From contig OX597824.1 of the NCBI GenBank assembly GCA_951406725.2, forward strand, positions 10,912,001 through 10,976,000: a stretch of 64,000 bases of DNA, given 5' to 3'. The notes beneath the pieces are model-generated. The model was not told the DNA's origin, searched no databases, and was given only the letters and a program-made list of their open reading frames with translations. The position numbers and the translations under genes are program-made. This stretch comes from Octopus vulgaris. Taxonomy: Eukaryota. This document shows, piece after piece, positions 25,191 through 38,596 of this stretch (its first letter is position 1; every line of letters begins with the position of its first letter).

Positions 25191-28102
25191 TGTCTGACTT
25201 GATAAAAAAATCTGCTTTGATTGATGAGATGACGATGTCACAAGAAAGCAATATAGAAAAGACACACAAGAGAAAGAGTTTAAAATACGAAGGACATAGG
25301 AGATAGTATAAGGAACAAGAATGGTAAGAATACAGTGCTTCTGGTAGTGGTAGGATGCCTTGGTTTGTGGCTAGATCCACTGTATCCTACCTGGTTGGCA
25401 TTAGGCTTAGGGAGGATAGCAGAACAGAGATTTGTAAACTGGGGAGGAAAGCAGAAAATGCTTCATCATTGATATGGTAAATGCAGGTAGAGACAGGACC
25501 AAAAATAAAAGCAAAGAACATGTTTTCACTGAGTGGTAAAACAAAATAGGTGTTGCATGAATGACTGAGAAAGATAAACATGCTACAGCATGGGCAAAAA
25601 AAAATCCAAACATTCTCTGGATATGTCAATGCTACTTGGAACTGCTGTAGGGAGTGATATGGTCAAGGAGTTATCAAAATCATTATGATCACCAGTTGAC
25701 AGCTGATGAAGGGCATGCCCTGTAGCAGAAGCTCTCTGTGTAGTGTACACACACATGCACACACAATTTACTCAGTTCCAGAGTCACAGACATGCAAAAT
25801 GAGGCTGTGCTCCTTGAGATATATAGCATGTGTGTGACTGCATAAAACTAAGAAACAAGGATTAGAATTCACAGACCATTTTACTATATTTAAATAAACT
25901 ATTTCATATACTGATGCATTTTTTTTCTCCACCACCCAGCATTTGTACATATAAGCATGTGTGTATTATGTATGTATACACACATATACAGGAGAGAGAG
26001 AGAGAAAGAGAGCGTGGGGAGGAGAGCTAAGTTACTTTCATATATTAAATATGCTAACACTAAGCTACCAGAGTGTTTAGTCACCAACCCACATGGAAAT
26101 TCTGTGATAATAAACGAATACATAAATACAGACAAGCAAAGCTGACAATAAAGACTTGGTAAAGTATTACTTCTCTTTATAGTTGATTGCTCAGTAGTGG
26201 TAAGACAGTATGGTGGTAAATTATAGAGAAAATAAATTGTAAACAAGCAGTGGGCAATAGAAATAGTGAAAACAGAAAGATAAGTGTGTAATTTAGGCAT
26301 AGTAGGAGAGGATTGGACAACATAATGATTGTTAACAATCCAGGTCAGTGATGTATATTGTAAAGTAGGTTTTCAGTTCATCAATGGAAGTGTAGAAAAT
26401 TAGAACATTTAAGAGAATTTGGTGGGAATGGGTAGAGTGTAATAAAATACCACATAGACACAAAAAAAACATCAAAGTAAAACACACAATAACATCAAAA
26501 AGACAACAAATTAGACATGCAAAACTTTTTTTTTTGTAGGTTAAGAATTAGACATGTTGAAAATTGATGAGGGTACTTAGACCAAGTAGGAGGCTCTAGA
26601 CATAGCAGTGAAGTATCTCTCAAATGACAGGATAGCATTTTGAAAAGGGAAGGACACAATGGATAAAGCAATTCTTGATACAGAATACCTGAGAGAAAGA
26701 TGTGGTGGTCATGGCCAGAACATCACTGTTATGCCTGACCTATGACCTATCTTTGCTACCATTTTGAGTTGCCAAGATAACAACAGTTCCCAAATTTTAA
26801 AATCTCACACGAGCAATTACTCCAGTTAAACCCTTAGCATTCAGATGATTGTGGCATGAGATGCCACACAGTGGGACTGAACCCAAAGCCACATGGTTGA
26901 GAAGCAATCTCCTCAACCACACAGCCACACCTGCATCTATGAGTTTAAATTAATTTTGAAAATATTTTTAAAAATCTTTAATTCCTGGCAATGGATTAGT
27001 GAAATAATATTTTGATGCTGTGTTATCGATATTTGCAACATTAATTAACATTAAGACTTTAATTAAAAGAATCATATATACAAAATCATGATGGAAAGTT
27101 GAGACATTGAAAACACCTGAAAACAGGAAATTTTGTATGAGAGGAGACGAGAGGTAGTCTCAGGTGGGCTGGTGTCTAATGGATTAACTAACCTTGAATT
27201 TAATTGTATGAGTAGGAAAGAAGATTATTAATATCTCCTCGTAAAGATTCATGTTACTTATAATGAAATGGGAGTGGGGGGGGTGATGTGAGTTTAATCA
27301 AAAGAAACTTCAGAGATTTGAGACTGAAATAGACTGAGGTGACAAACCAACATCGTTCTTACTATTGCAGGTATGTCTGCTGCTAGTGGAAGCCCTTAAC
27401 GTCTACAGAACAGAACTCATCTGAAAGGGGGTTTTGTTTTGTTTTGTCTTTTTTTTATTTTGTGTCTTTTTCTTGTTTCACTCACTGGACTGTGGCCATG
27501 CTGGGGTACTGCTTTGAGAGATTTTGCCCATCACATCAACCCCAGCATATCATCATCGTTTAATGTCTGCTTTCCATGCTAGCATGGGTTGGACGATTTG
27601 ACTGAGGGCTGGCGAACCAGATAGCTGCACCAGGCTCCAATCTGATCTGGCAGAGTTTCTACAGCTGGATGCCCTTCCTAATGCCAACCACTCCATGAGT
27701 GTAGTAGATGCTTTTTACATGCCACTGGCATGGGGGCCAGTCAGGCGGTACTGGCAATGACCTCGCCTGAATATTTTTACACATGCCACCAGCACAGGTG
27801 CCAGTAAGGCGACAATGGTAACGATCACACTCGATATTTCTTTTAAATCTGATACTTATTCTATTGGTCTCTTTATGCCAAACTGCTAAGTTACAGGAAT
27901 GTAAACAAACCAGTACCAGCTGCCAAGAAGTGTAAAGGAACAGACACACACAGATATACATGTGTATGTGAGAGAAAGAGAGTTCTTTCAGTTTCCATCA
28001 ACCAAATCCACTTACAAGGCTTTGGTTGGCCAGTGGATTTAGTAGAAGACACCTGTCCAAGGTGCCACACAGTGGATCTGAACTCAGAACCATGTGGTTG
28101 AA

Positions 28103-28620
28103 AAGCAAACTTCTTTTATTCATTAAATTTGCCATATAGGCAGCACATAGATAAGGTAGCTTTGTGGGCTGGACACAGACACTGATGAGGGGAATGATTA
28201 TGATACAAAAATGATAAAGATAAGAGAAGACAGTGCCTGCCAACCCTCTGCTTCTCTAAAACATTGTTCTTTACAGACATCATACACAGAGGTATTAACC
28301 CTCTTACAGTTTGAAATACAATATATTTGGACTAAAAATTCCATACAATTATAAAAGCAAACTTCTTTATTTCATATAATTTGCCACAAAGGCATCACAC
28401 AGATAGAAGCTTTGCGGGCTGGACACGGACATTAATGGGATGAATGATAATGATGCAAGGATGACAAGGATGGGAAAAGACAGAAAGCGCCCTCCGACCC
28501 TCTGCTTCTCTAAAACATTGTTCTTTACAAACATCATATACAGAGGTATTAACCCTCTTACAATTTAAAATACAATATATTTGGACTAAAAAGTCCATAC
28601 AATTATAAAGCAAACTTCTT
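28103..28620 (-). repeat. Two tandem ~252-bp retroposon-like units inserted in a family 1 SINE head
   Basis: aagcaaacttctt occurs at 28103, 28355 and 28608, and the intervening units are collinear. The SINE resumes after 28620. Confidence 0.8.
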
Positions 28621-29076
28621 ACTACACAGCCACACCTGTGCCAATATAATGAAATTTTTAAAATAAATTTCCCAACGGGTTATCAATTTAAATCAAAATA
28701 TGATGAAACATCAGAAGACCAGGCAAGTGAGGGTGGGGAAGGTACATTTACAAGATGTTAACTAAACTACAGAAAGTCAGAACAGCAGACAAGTGAAGAG
28801 TGTGATAAAATGTTAACTAAAATACTGGAAGTTGTGTTTAAATGTTAAAAAAAAAAACAGAAACAAATAAAAACAAAACGATAAACAGATTAAGTTAGAA
28901 AAAATTCATTAGTGTAGGAGTCAGGGAAAATATGTACAGCAATCCGGTGTTTTGGGGTCTCTAAATACGAAGTGCTCAACAGACGTCACAAACACATGTC
29001 AGAAAAACACCTATCGTCAATAACAACAACAAACATGCTATAAGTTACACAACACTAAATCGAAGTCAGAACTTAC

Positions 29077-29097
29077 CATAGAACCTGCTCGTCTAGG
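29077..29097 (-). CDS. Candidate 21-nt in-frame microexon of the WDR62/MAPKBP1 gene (PRRAGSM)
   Basis: Minus strand reads ttgttttgtttctTAG|CCT AGA CGA GCA GGT TCT ATG|GTAAGT. Phase 0/0 matches flanking exons D and E, with no stop. No homology support. Confidence 0.5.
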
Positions 29098-30892
29098 CTA
29101 AGAAACAAAACAACCATTTTATTTCAGTAAATAGTTTTTATTTAGAGAAAGTTTAAACAACTAATTCCTGATAGATTAATTTTATTATACACGACATGTC
29201 CAGTGTTTCTCAAACTATTCCATCATGGAGCCCTTCTCACCCCTAATATCGAACTTATAGTTCATCTTCATATCATATTATCATAAGTTTCCATTATTGC
29301 AATCATCATCGTTCGTCATCGTTTAATGTCTGCTTTCCATGCTAGCATGGGTTGGACGATTTTGACTGAGGGCTGGCAAACCAGATGGCTGCACCAGGCT
29401 CCAATCTTGATCTGGCAGAGTTTCTACAGCTGGATGCCCTCCCCAACGCCCTTCACTCCGAGAGTGTAGTGGGTGCTTTTTATGTGCCACCGGCACGAGG
29501 GCCAGTCAGGCGGTACTGGCAATGACCTCGCTCAAATCTTTTTACACATGCCACCGGTACAGGTGCCAGTAAGGCGACATTGGTAACGATGAAAATTTCA
29601 TTGCCATCTTCTAACAGGAAATGAGTCAAGATTGAAGTTTTCAATAAGACTTCCATATGCTGAACAGGGTTACAATATCCAAACCAATCATCTATTGATT
29701 GTATTCCTGTTCCTGTATCATCCATTCAGTGAGGTTCAATATTCTCATGGCTGCTCAAACATCATCATTAGTATCCTTTAATATCCACTTTTTTTATGCT
29801 AGCATGAGTAAGGTAGAATTTATTGTGGCAGATTTTCTATGTCCCTTCCTGTCATCAACCCTCACCTGTTTCCAAGCAAGGTAATATTGTCTCATAACCA
29901 GACATCTTTTGCACGGAAGACTGGACATGAACAACCTCACCTGTATGACCATGTTGCTCATTTATAATATCACATGATCTCTAAACAAGGGCACATGTGC
30001 ACACACACACGCCCATACACACACAGGACAGGCTTCTTTCAGTTTCCATCTACCAAATCCACTCACATGGATTTGGTTAGCCCAGAGCTACAATAAAAGA
30101 CACTTGAAGGTACCATGCAGCAGGACTGAACCCAAGACCTCATGATTAAGAAGCAAGCTTCTTAATCACACAGCTACACCCATACCATCTTTGCTTCATG
30201 CTTCCATTGTGTTCTGTCGATGTATTTAGTGTTTATACTAGGTTATATAGATTTCTTACATAATCATAAAATATTCCCTTCTGAGGAGGAAATGAAATAT
30301 ATTGCTTTACAATGCTTTCCAAGACTCACAGCAGCCTTAACTTCTTTTCTTCATTACCACCACCCCTTTAATATCACTAATATCAAATTGTACCCTATAG
30401 ACATTGGTTTGCTAGTTTTATGAAACAGATCATCTACAATAGCTTATTCTTCCCCGTTGTTCATGGAGTTACTATGTACAAACTTTTAACAGTATCAATG
30501 ATATTTCCCTTGCCTGGCAATTTACTAACAAGGCTCTGAATTTGAAAAACACTGGATAAAAATTAAAGAGAACAATAAAACCTCAATGTAAATAATCCAT
30601 TAAGTGCAGTCTGTCAAAACTGTTTTTTTAATTTTTAATTACTTACAAAGCAGACGAAACTTAACTGTTCCATTTGAAGCTGTATTTTAACGGTAAGGGA
30701 ACCTTTCTACAAAAATAATATGCCTGTGAATACAGTCATGATTAAAAAGAAAGATAATAGTTACCCTTTCATTGCAATTAATTGAATCTGAAGTTAGTTG
30801 AAGTTTGAAAAATAAGGAAACACTTAGAACCAGTTTCAATTTACTTTTTAAGATTTAAAACAGAAGAAAAAATTCCAAGAAAACAAACTTAC

Positions 30893-30988
30893 CTTTGAAT
30901 TGCTGCTGGCCATGTACCAAAACTTCACGTGTCTACTTCCAACCGTTACAAAATAGCTTCCATCAGAAGAGAATGCTACGGCACTGAC
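30893..30988 (-). CDS. WDR62/MAPKBP1: WDR62/MAPKBP1 exon D: [32 protein letters not shown]
   Basis: 96 nt, cattcAG acceptor and GTAAGT donor, phase 0/0. Contains the SYFVTxGxRHxKFWY motif. Confidence 0.95.
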
Positions 30989-31202
30989 CTGAATGTGAGA
31001 AAGGAGATTTTATAAATATTGTCTGGTTCTGATTAGACACTCAGTATTGAGTGTCTAAGCTGAGTAATTTCTGATTAAATAAATTCTGCAAAAGTCCACA
31101 ATCCAGTTTCAATCCCAGATCTTTTTATATTTTTTGCTTTGTTTCTGCTAATAACACTAACTTCCATTAACCCATCTATCAAGAATAATAGGGCTCATAG
31201 TA

Positions 31203-31456
31203 CAGTTCTATATGCGCACGGGCATATGGCGTAGTGGTTAAGAGCGTGGGCTAGTAACCCCAAGATTCCGAGTTCGATTCCAAGCAGTGACCTGAACAAT
31301 AATAATAATAATAATATCAAAAAATACCTTAGGAATGAGAACTCAAGTTTGAAATTTCCCCCAAGACACCTGATGAAGGCTGGAAAGTATATCAGCTGAA
31401 ACGCTGTATTAACAACAAACAAGATGAGGACAAATATCCATCAAATGTAAATAATG
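31203..31456 (+). mobile_element. tRNA-headed short element with hammerhead-like/Penelope-like 3' domain, 14-bp TSD
   Basis: TSD tagggctcatagta at 31189-31202 and 31457-31470. A box tggcgtagtgg, B box gagttcgattcc, (AAT)n, then CUGAUGA (31370) ... GAAAC (31398). Confidence 0.75.
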
Positions 31457-31934
31457 TAGGGCTCATAGTATATTCTTCTATGGCAGAATCCTAAGCAATG
31501 CCTAGCAACTGAAATACTAATTAGAAAACAAAAATATTTATTGATCCAACATGGCATTTTCACATATTTGAATGGATTGGTGAATTATTTATGAAATTAC
31601 AAATTTAAAATTTATTACTATTAATCTCTATTGCAACCTTGTGCCAACTAATACCTTGCTAATGAATTTAATAAATCCTGGGGTCAAAATGTTCGACTAA
31701 AACCCTCCGAGGCAGTGTTCAAGCATGGCCACTGTCTAATGACTGAAACTAGCAAAAGATAAAAGATAGTTGCCAAATGGCAGCAAACACAAAAGCACAC
31801 AATAGGCTTCTTTCAGTTTCCATCAACTAAATCCTCTCCAGTTTGGCCTGGGATTAGAGTAGAAGACACTTACCTGAGGTGCCATGCTTGTACTTTTTTT
31901 TTTAATTTCTAGAATATAATCAGTTAATGCTTAC

Positions 31935-32051
31935 CTTGGAAGATATTTTATTTGATGCTACTTTGTTGTTGGTTTTCCAATTCCAGACATTTACAATCAT
32001 ATCATGCTGAGTTCCCATTGAAACAATATATTTCATATTTGGAGAGTAAGC
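31935..32051 (-). CDS. WDR62/MAPKBP1: WDR62/MAPKBP1 exon C: [39 protein letters not shown]
   Basis: 117 nt, tttttcAG acceptor and GTAAGC donor, phase 0/0. Contains the QHDMIVNVW and VASNK motifs. Confidence 0.95.
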
Positions 32052-33219
32052 CTGAAAAATATACAGAAAACAAATAGAGAATAACTAAGAATTTTAAAAG
32101 AAATATGCTATCTTTCTAATTCATTTTTCTGTCTTATCATCATCATCATTTAATGAAAACTTTTCCATGTAAGCATGGATCAGGTGGAATTTGTTCATGT
32201 ACCATCTACCAAATCCAACTACAAAGGCTTTGGTCAGCCCAGGGCTATAATAGAGAACATTTGCCCAAGTTGCTGTGCAGTGGGACTGAACTCAGACCAC
32301 CAACAATCATGTAACATTATCTATTAAGAAATATCCAAAATTATATTCTACAGAAACTAGAAATTAAAAAATGCAAAATAAAATACGAGATAGAGTTATG
32401 TCATTTCATTTCCTCAGGCATTACACATATGATGCAAGTTATCTGTTAAGAATACTAGACATCAGGAGTAATTAAAAACAAAAGGCCATGAACTGATGTA
32501 GTAGTTCACTGGAATCAGAAAAGTCTGTTACTGAAAGTGTTTTAATTTGGACAAAATCCCAAACACTTGCTTCAACTAGTGGGTTTATTAGGTCATTAAG
32601 AGCTATTTATCTCAGTAGGCTAATGGAACTCTATTCAAGTCAATAAGATTAATTACTCACTGATAAATCTTATGATTTCATAAATCCAAGCTAAAAATAT
32701 TCAACATCTGTGGAGGTTAAAAATATATAAAGTTAAGTTCCAAGATCTAATGCTTTTCAGATGATAATTCCTTACACTGTATCTTCATCATCATTTAACA
32801 TTCACTTTCCCATGCTTGCACAAGTGAAACAGAATTTGTTGAGACAGATTTTCTATGTTGATGCCCTTCTTGTTGCCAACCCTAACCTATGACCAAGCAA
32901 GGTAATATTTCCCATAGCCAGATCTGTTTTTCATGGAAGACTGGAAACAAACAACACTGCTTGTATGACAGTGATGTTCACTTACAACCATCAAAAGAAG
33001 TCAAGACATGGGTACACACAAACACACACACACACAACAGGCTTCTTTCCGTTTCTGCCTCCCAAATCCATTCACAAGGCTTTGACTGGCCCAAAGCTAT
33101 AGAAGACACCTGTCCAGGATGCCACACTGTGAGACTGAACCTGAGACCATATAGGTGGTTAAGGAGCTTGCTTCTCAACCATACAGCCATACCTCCACCT
33201 ATTTACATTATTTACATAC

Positions 33220-33663
33220 GAGCACTTAAAAGGCACCATTCAAGCGTGATTGTTACCAGCATCGCACTACTGGCACTCGAGCCCCGTGCTAGTAGGGTAT
33301 TAAGAGCACCATCCAAGCATGATCGTTGCCAGAGCGACTATCTGGCCTCCATGCCAGTGGCACGTAAAAGACACCATTCGAGCGTGATCATTATCAGCAT
33401 CGCCTTATTGGCACCCGTGCCGGTGGCATGTGTAAAAGATTCAAGCGAGGTCGTTGCCAGTGCCGCCTGACTGACCCTGTGCCGGTGGCACGTAAAAGCA
33501 CCCACTACACTCTCGGAGTGGTTGGCGTTAGGAAGGGCATCCAGCTGTAGAAATTCTGCCAGATCAGATTGGATCCTGGTGCTGCCATCTGGTTTGCCAG
33601 CCCTCAGTCATACATCCAACCCATACTAGCATGGAAAGCGGACGTTAAACAATGATGATGATG
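33220..33663 (+). mobile_element. RTE LINE 3'-UTR fragment
   Basis: Near-copy of 20540-20985 with a (GAT)n tail. Confidence 0.8.
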
Positions 33664-35802
33664 AGTCACATTTTGTTTGGATCAATCTGTTACTCAACCC
33701 AAGTACACTCGAATTCAACCGACAAATAATAATCTCCCATATTTTTATCATCATCTTTACAATATATATTATCAATATTTACATATAAACCATATTTTGG
33801 TTCATTCAATCGACTGTCCTGTTCTATTATTATTCAAGCCAAATCAATCCTAATCTAACTCTCCAATCCTCAAAGGCAACAATATGCAAGTTGAGAAAGA
33901 TTTAGCTGTTATTTCTAGAAAATCAAATAACTACATGAAGGCTTCCCCAATGATGCATTTCAATAAAGGATGAACTGCTTTCTTCTGGAAGCCCTCTCCT
34001 CATCACCTCATGTTTTCTCACCAACCACTAACATGAAACAAGGCACAAGCATGGCTGTGTGACTGAGGGGCTTGCTTCACAGCCATGAGATCTTGGGTTC
34101 AATTCTATTGCAAGGCACCTTGGGCAAGTGTTTTCTTTTATAGCCTTGAGTTGATCAATGCCCTATGGATGAATTTGGTGAATGGAAAGTGAAAGAAATC
34201 CATTGCCAGTGCTGGCTCATGGTCGTTGCCAGTGTTGCCTGACTGGCTCCTGTGCCAGTGGCACGTAAAAAGCACCATTCAAGCATGGCCGATACCAGTA
34301 CCACCTGACAGGCCCTTGTGCTGGTGGCACTTAAAAAGCACCCACTACACTCTCAGAGTGGTTGGCGTTAGGAAGGGCATCCAGCTGTAGAAATGTTGCC
34401 AGATCAGATTAGAGCCTGGTGCAGTCATCTGGTTTGCCAGTCCTCAGTCAAATCGTCCACTTTCCATGCCAGCATGCAAAAAGGTCGTTAAACGACGATG
34501 ATAATGATGATGATGTATGTGTGTATGTTTGTATGTACCCTTGTCTAGAACATCACATGATGATTGTAAATGATCATCATCATCATACAAGCAATGTTGT
34601 TCATTTCCATCCTACCATAAAAATACATGTCTGGCCATGGGAAGATATTACATTATTATTTTATTATTTCATTATTTCATCTAGTTTCAGCTCACAAATT
34701 GTGGCCATGCTGGGGCACCAAAAGATGAGAGCTGGTAACAAGAAGGGCATCAGGCAGTAGAAAATCTGCTTCAACAAATTCTGTTTGACCCATGCAAGGC
34801 AAGGGGCATTAAAACGATGATGATAATTATATCTTTTCTAGAAAGGTTTTAAACTAGAAAATTTTTTTAAATGACAACCTGTTTTTTAGAAAAACAAAAG
34901 CTATAATCTCACACAATAGTTGAGTTGGTGGTGATGGGCAGGGCATCTCAGTTTGAAAATAATTCCAGCAGAACACAAAATTTTTAATTTATTCCCTCCT
35001 TAAAAATTTTATAAAACCATCACACCTACACAACAATGTAAAATTTATGTATTCATGCATGTGTGTGTGTGTGCGCGCGCACACACATACACAGCACACA
35101 TGTAACTGAGAGACAGAGAAAGAGGAAGACAGAGAAGGAGAGAGAGAGAAAGGTGGTGGGTAAAACAGCTTGAAACAAGTAGAGGCTTATAGACAAACAC
35201 ATGGCTGGAACTTGTGACTAGATCTAAACTTAAAATGTAAAAGGAAGAATGGGGAAGAGAAACATAATAGCTTGAATGATAGATGCCATCATGTGAGGTA
35301 TAATCTGAGACCAACAAAAGAAATCTAAAATATATTTTTGCTTTTGTGACTATGTGAAATTATGGGCAATTTCAGTGCATTTAGTGAAATAATGAAATGT
35401 AATTTGACAGAGTTTCTATGTAATTACAATGAGGTATGAAAATATTTATCAGAAAATGTGAAGTTTAACCCTTTCGTTACCAACCCGGCTGAAACCATCT
35501 TTGGCTCTGTAGTACAAATGTCTCGTTTGCAAACACAGACACACAAACATATACACACACATACATGTTCGTCTCTGTTGCGTTGCATTCTTTCCTTCTG
35601 TGGTTGGCTGATTCAGAGCGGATCTCAGAACTAAACAGCCGAAATCTGCGATGAGGAATCAGTTTCTGACTGAAGAATGAAGGCTTTGAATGACCCGTTT
35701 GTCTTTTATGTTCGTCCCTTCGTGTATTTCATGTTATTTATTTATGTAAAGGTTTATTATCATCATCATCGTTTAACGTCCGTTCTCCATGCTAGCATGG
35801 GT

Positions 35803-35834
<32 letters not shown>

Positions 35835-38596
35835 TACGACGGGCTTCTTTCAGTTTCCAGCTACCAAATCCACTCACAAGGCTTTGGTAAGCCTGAGGCT
35901 ATACTAGAAGAAACTTGCCCAAGGTGCCACACAGCGGGACTGAACCCGGAACTATGTGGTTGGTAAGCAAGCTACTTACCACACAGCCACTCCTACGCCT
36001 ATAAAAAAACTGTGAAAACATTTTGTAGCGTAAAAGTATAACCAAATGTATTGCACCCAAAACAGCAAAATCTTGTATGGACACTCAAGGGTCATATAGA
36101 CCCCAGTTGAGAACCAAAACATACCCTAAATAGCCAGGCACACATATACACTGCTAATAGCCATGTGCACACACACACACACAAAAATACATATCCACAC
36201 ACACGCACATATACACATACATATGTACAGCAAATAGCCATACATAAGTACCTACACAGAGCTAACAGTCGGATACATGTGCACACAGCAAAACATCAAA
36301 CATACACAGAAAATAACCAGACATTCAGCCAAACAAAGTCATTCATTTCTAAGCCATAATAATTTCCTTAATAGTTCGTTAGTCCAATTTATCTATTGTA
36401 GCAGTGAGATGGTACCATATAGCTCAATGTTTTCTTAATCTGATTTATCAAAGGAAACAAGAGAGATGATGATGATGATGATGATATAGCTCAATGCTTC
36501 CTTTGCAACCATTCACCAAAGATGCGTGAAAACTGATTAGTTACAAAATGTTCTTTTCCTCGTACCTATCTCATCTCTATTAGCTAAATCAGTATTGAAA
36601 TTAACATGTGTAAGCCACTAAATTGTACATCACAAACAAGGAAGCTTCTGAGAAGTTGTTTGAACTGTTAGAAATAGCAACCAAATATCCCTCAAAACAA
36701 AACTTTCATCATCACCATCATCATCATTTAATATTCACTTTTCCATGCTTGCATTGGTCAAATGGAATTTCTACAGCTGGATGTCCTTGTTACCAAACCT
36801 CACTTTGTCCAAGCAATGTAATATCGTTCCATAGCCAAATACATTTTTCACAGAAGACAAGAGATGACACAGTCCTACTTACATGACGATGATGTTCATT
36901 TACAATCATCATTTGATGTTTAGACAGGAGCACACCCACACACACTTATTAACAGGCTTCTTTTAGTTTTTGCTGATCAAACCCACTCACAAGGCTTTGT
37001 TCAACCCAAGGTTATAGTAGAAAACACTTGCCCAAGGTACCTTGCAATGGAATTGAACCCCGAGACCACATGGTTGGAAAGCAAGCTTCTTAATCACACA
37101 GCCATGCCTGTGTCTGCTGTTCTTAAATGATTGGATGATCACAGGTGAAATACCTGTAACCATACTCAGGCTTGAACGGGAGCTAGACAACAACACAGCG
37201 AGGAAGGACAGACTGAACCAGAAAGATCTAGATACCAGCGAGCTGGCAGAAATGTTAGCACACCAGACGAAATGCTTAGCGGTATTTCGTCTGCCTCTGA
37301 GTTCAAATTCCACAGGGGTCGACTTTGCCTTTTATCCTTTTGGGGGTTGATTAAATAAGTACCAGTTATGCACTGGGGTCGATGTAATCGACTTAATCCG
37401 TTTGTCTGTCCTTGTTTGTCCTCTCTGTGTTTAGCCCCTTGTGGGTAGTAAAGAAATAGGTATGATGCTCAGAGCTGCAACACCTTTCAATAAAAGACTT
37501 CTTTCATTTTCCATCTACCAAATCCACTCTTAAGGCTTTGATTGGCCAGAGGCCTTAGAAAATACTGGCCAGAGGTGCAGTTCAGTAGGACTGAACCCAA
37601 GACCATATAGCTGGAAAGGAAGCTTCTTACCAACATAGCCATGCCTGTTTGGCGCTATAAACAGAAACAAAAATATAAAATGCATAAAATTAAGTGTTGG
37701 CTGAAGCAAACCTAAATATATACTCCTGTCAGGTATTTACTTAGTTAGATGAAGAATCCTGACATTTTGAGAGAAGACCTTTGTCAAATTACCAATTTGA
37801 CACAACTGTCTAAATGACAAACCTATGACACATCAGTAGGCAGTCCCTTCCATTAAGTATATATACACATTTACTACTATAAGAATAGTCCCATTGATAT
37901 ATTTAACATACAAAAACCATGCTATTTCGAGATCATCTCACTACTTAAAATAGCTTCTGCAGGTGTGAGTATACAAGTGAATGTGTGAAGGAGGTGTGTG
38001 TGTGTGTGCACGCAAAACAGGAAATATTTTAATCTTTTACTTGTTTCAGTCATTAGACTGCAGCCAGATCGTAGGTGAGCTGGCAGAAATGTTAACACAC
38101 CGGGCGAAATGGTTAGCGGTATATCATTTGTCTTTACGTTCTGAGTTCAAATTCCACCGAGGTCGATTTTGGCTTTCATTCTTTCGGGGTCAGTAAATTA
38201 AGTACCAGTTGAGACTGGGGTCGATGTAATCGACTGCCCCCTCTCCCCGAAAATTTCAGGCCTTGTGCCTATAATAGAAACGAATATTGTCACATGTAGA
38301 TGGAATTTTTTTCTGTTTCTCACTCTGTCACCTCTGGTATATCTCAGGGTTGTTTGCTCCCCATCCACACCCACTGCCATAAACAGGCACCCTTGGGAGT
38401 GTCCTAAGCAGAATAAGCCAGTTTTGGAAACACAAATGCTCCTCTTATCAAGAAAATATCATTGCAAGCGTAAAACAAGTAGGTATTGCTCTTATTAAGG
38501 GAATAAACAGTCAATACTGAACCAGACAAAATGCTTAGCAGCATTTCTTCATACTCATATTCTAAGTTCAAATCCTGCCATGTGCAATCAACTTAA

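Noticed and set aside
25703-25735. Hammerhead-like CUGAUGA-agggc-au-gccc
   Set aside because: No GAAA or NUH follows stem II.
28182-28200. CUGAUGA core in the tandem insert
   Set aside because: There is no stem II or GAAAC, and the sister unit reads ttaatgg at this position.
31220-31292. Functional tRNA gene
   Set aside because: A and B boxes are present but the acceptor stem does not close; the sequence lies within a TSD-bounded retroposon.
35566-35757. Possible further PLE/hammerhead fragment (ggctg...cagcc-gaaa)
   Set aside because: No recognisable CUGANGA in the right position; too degenerate to call.
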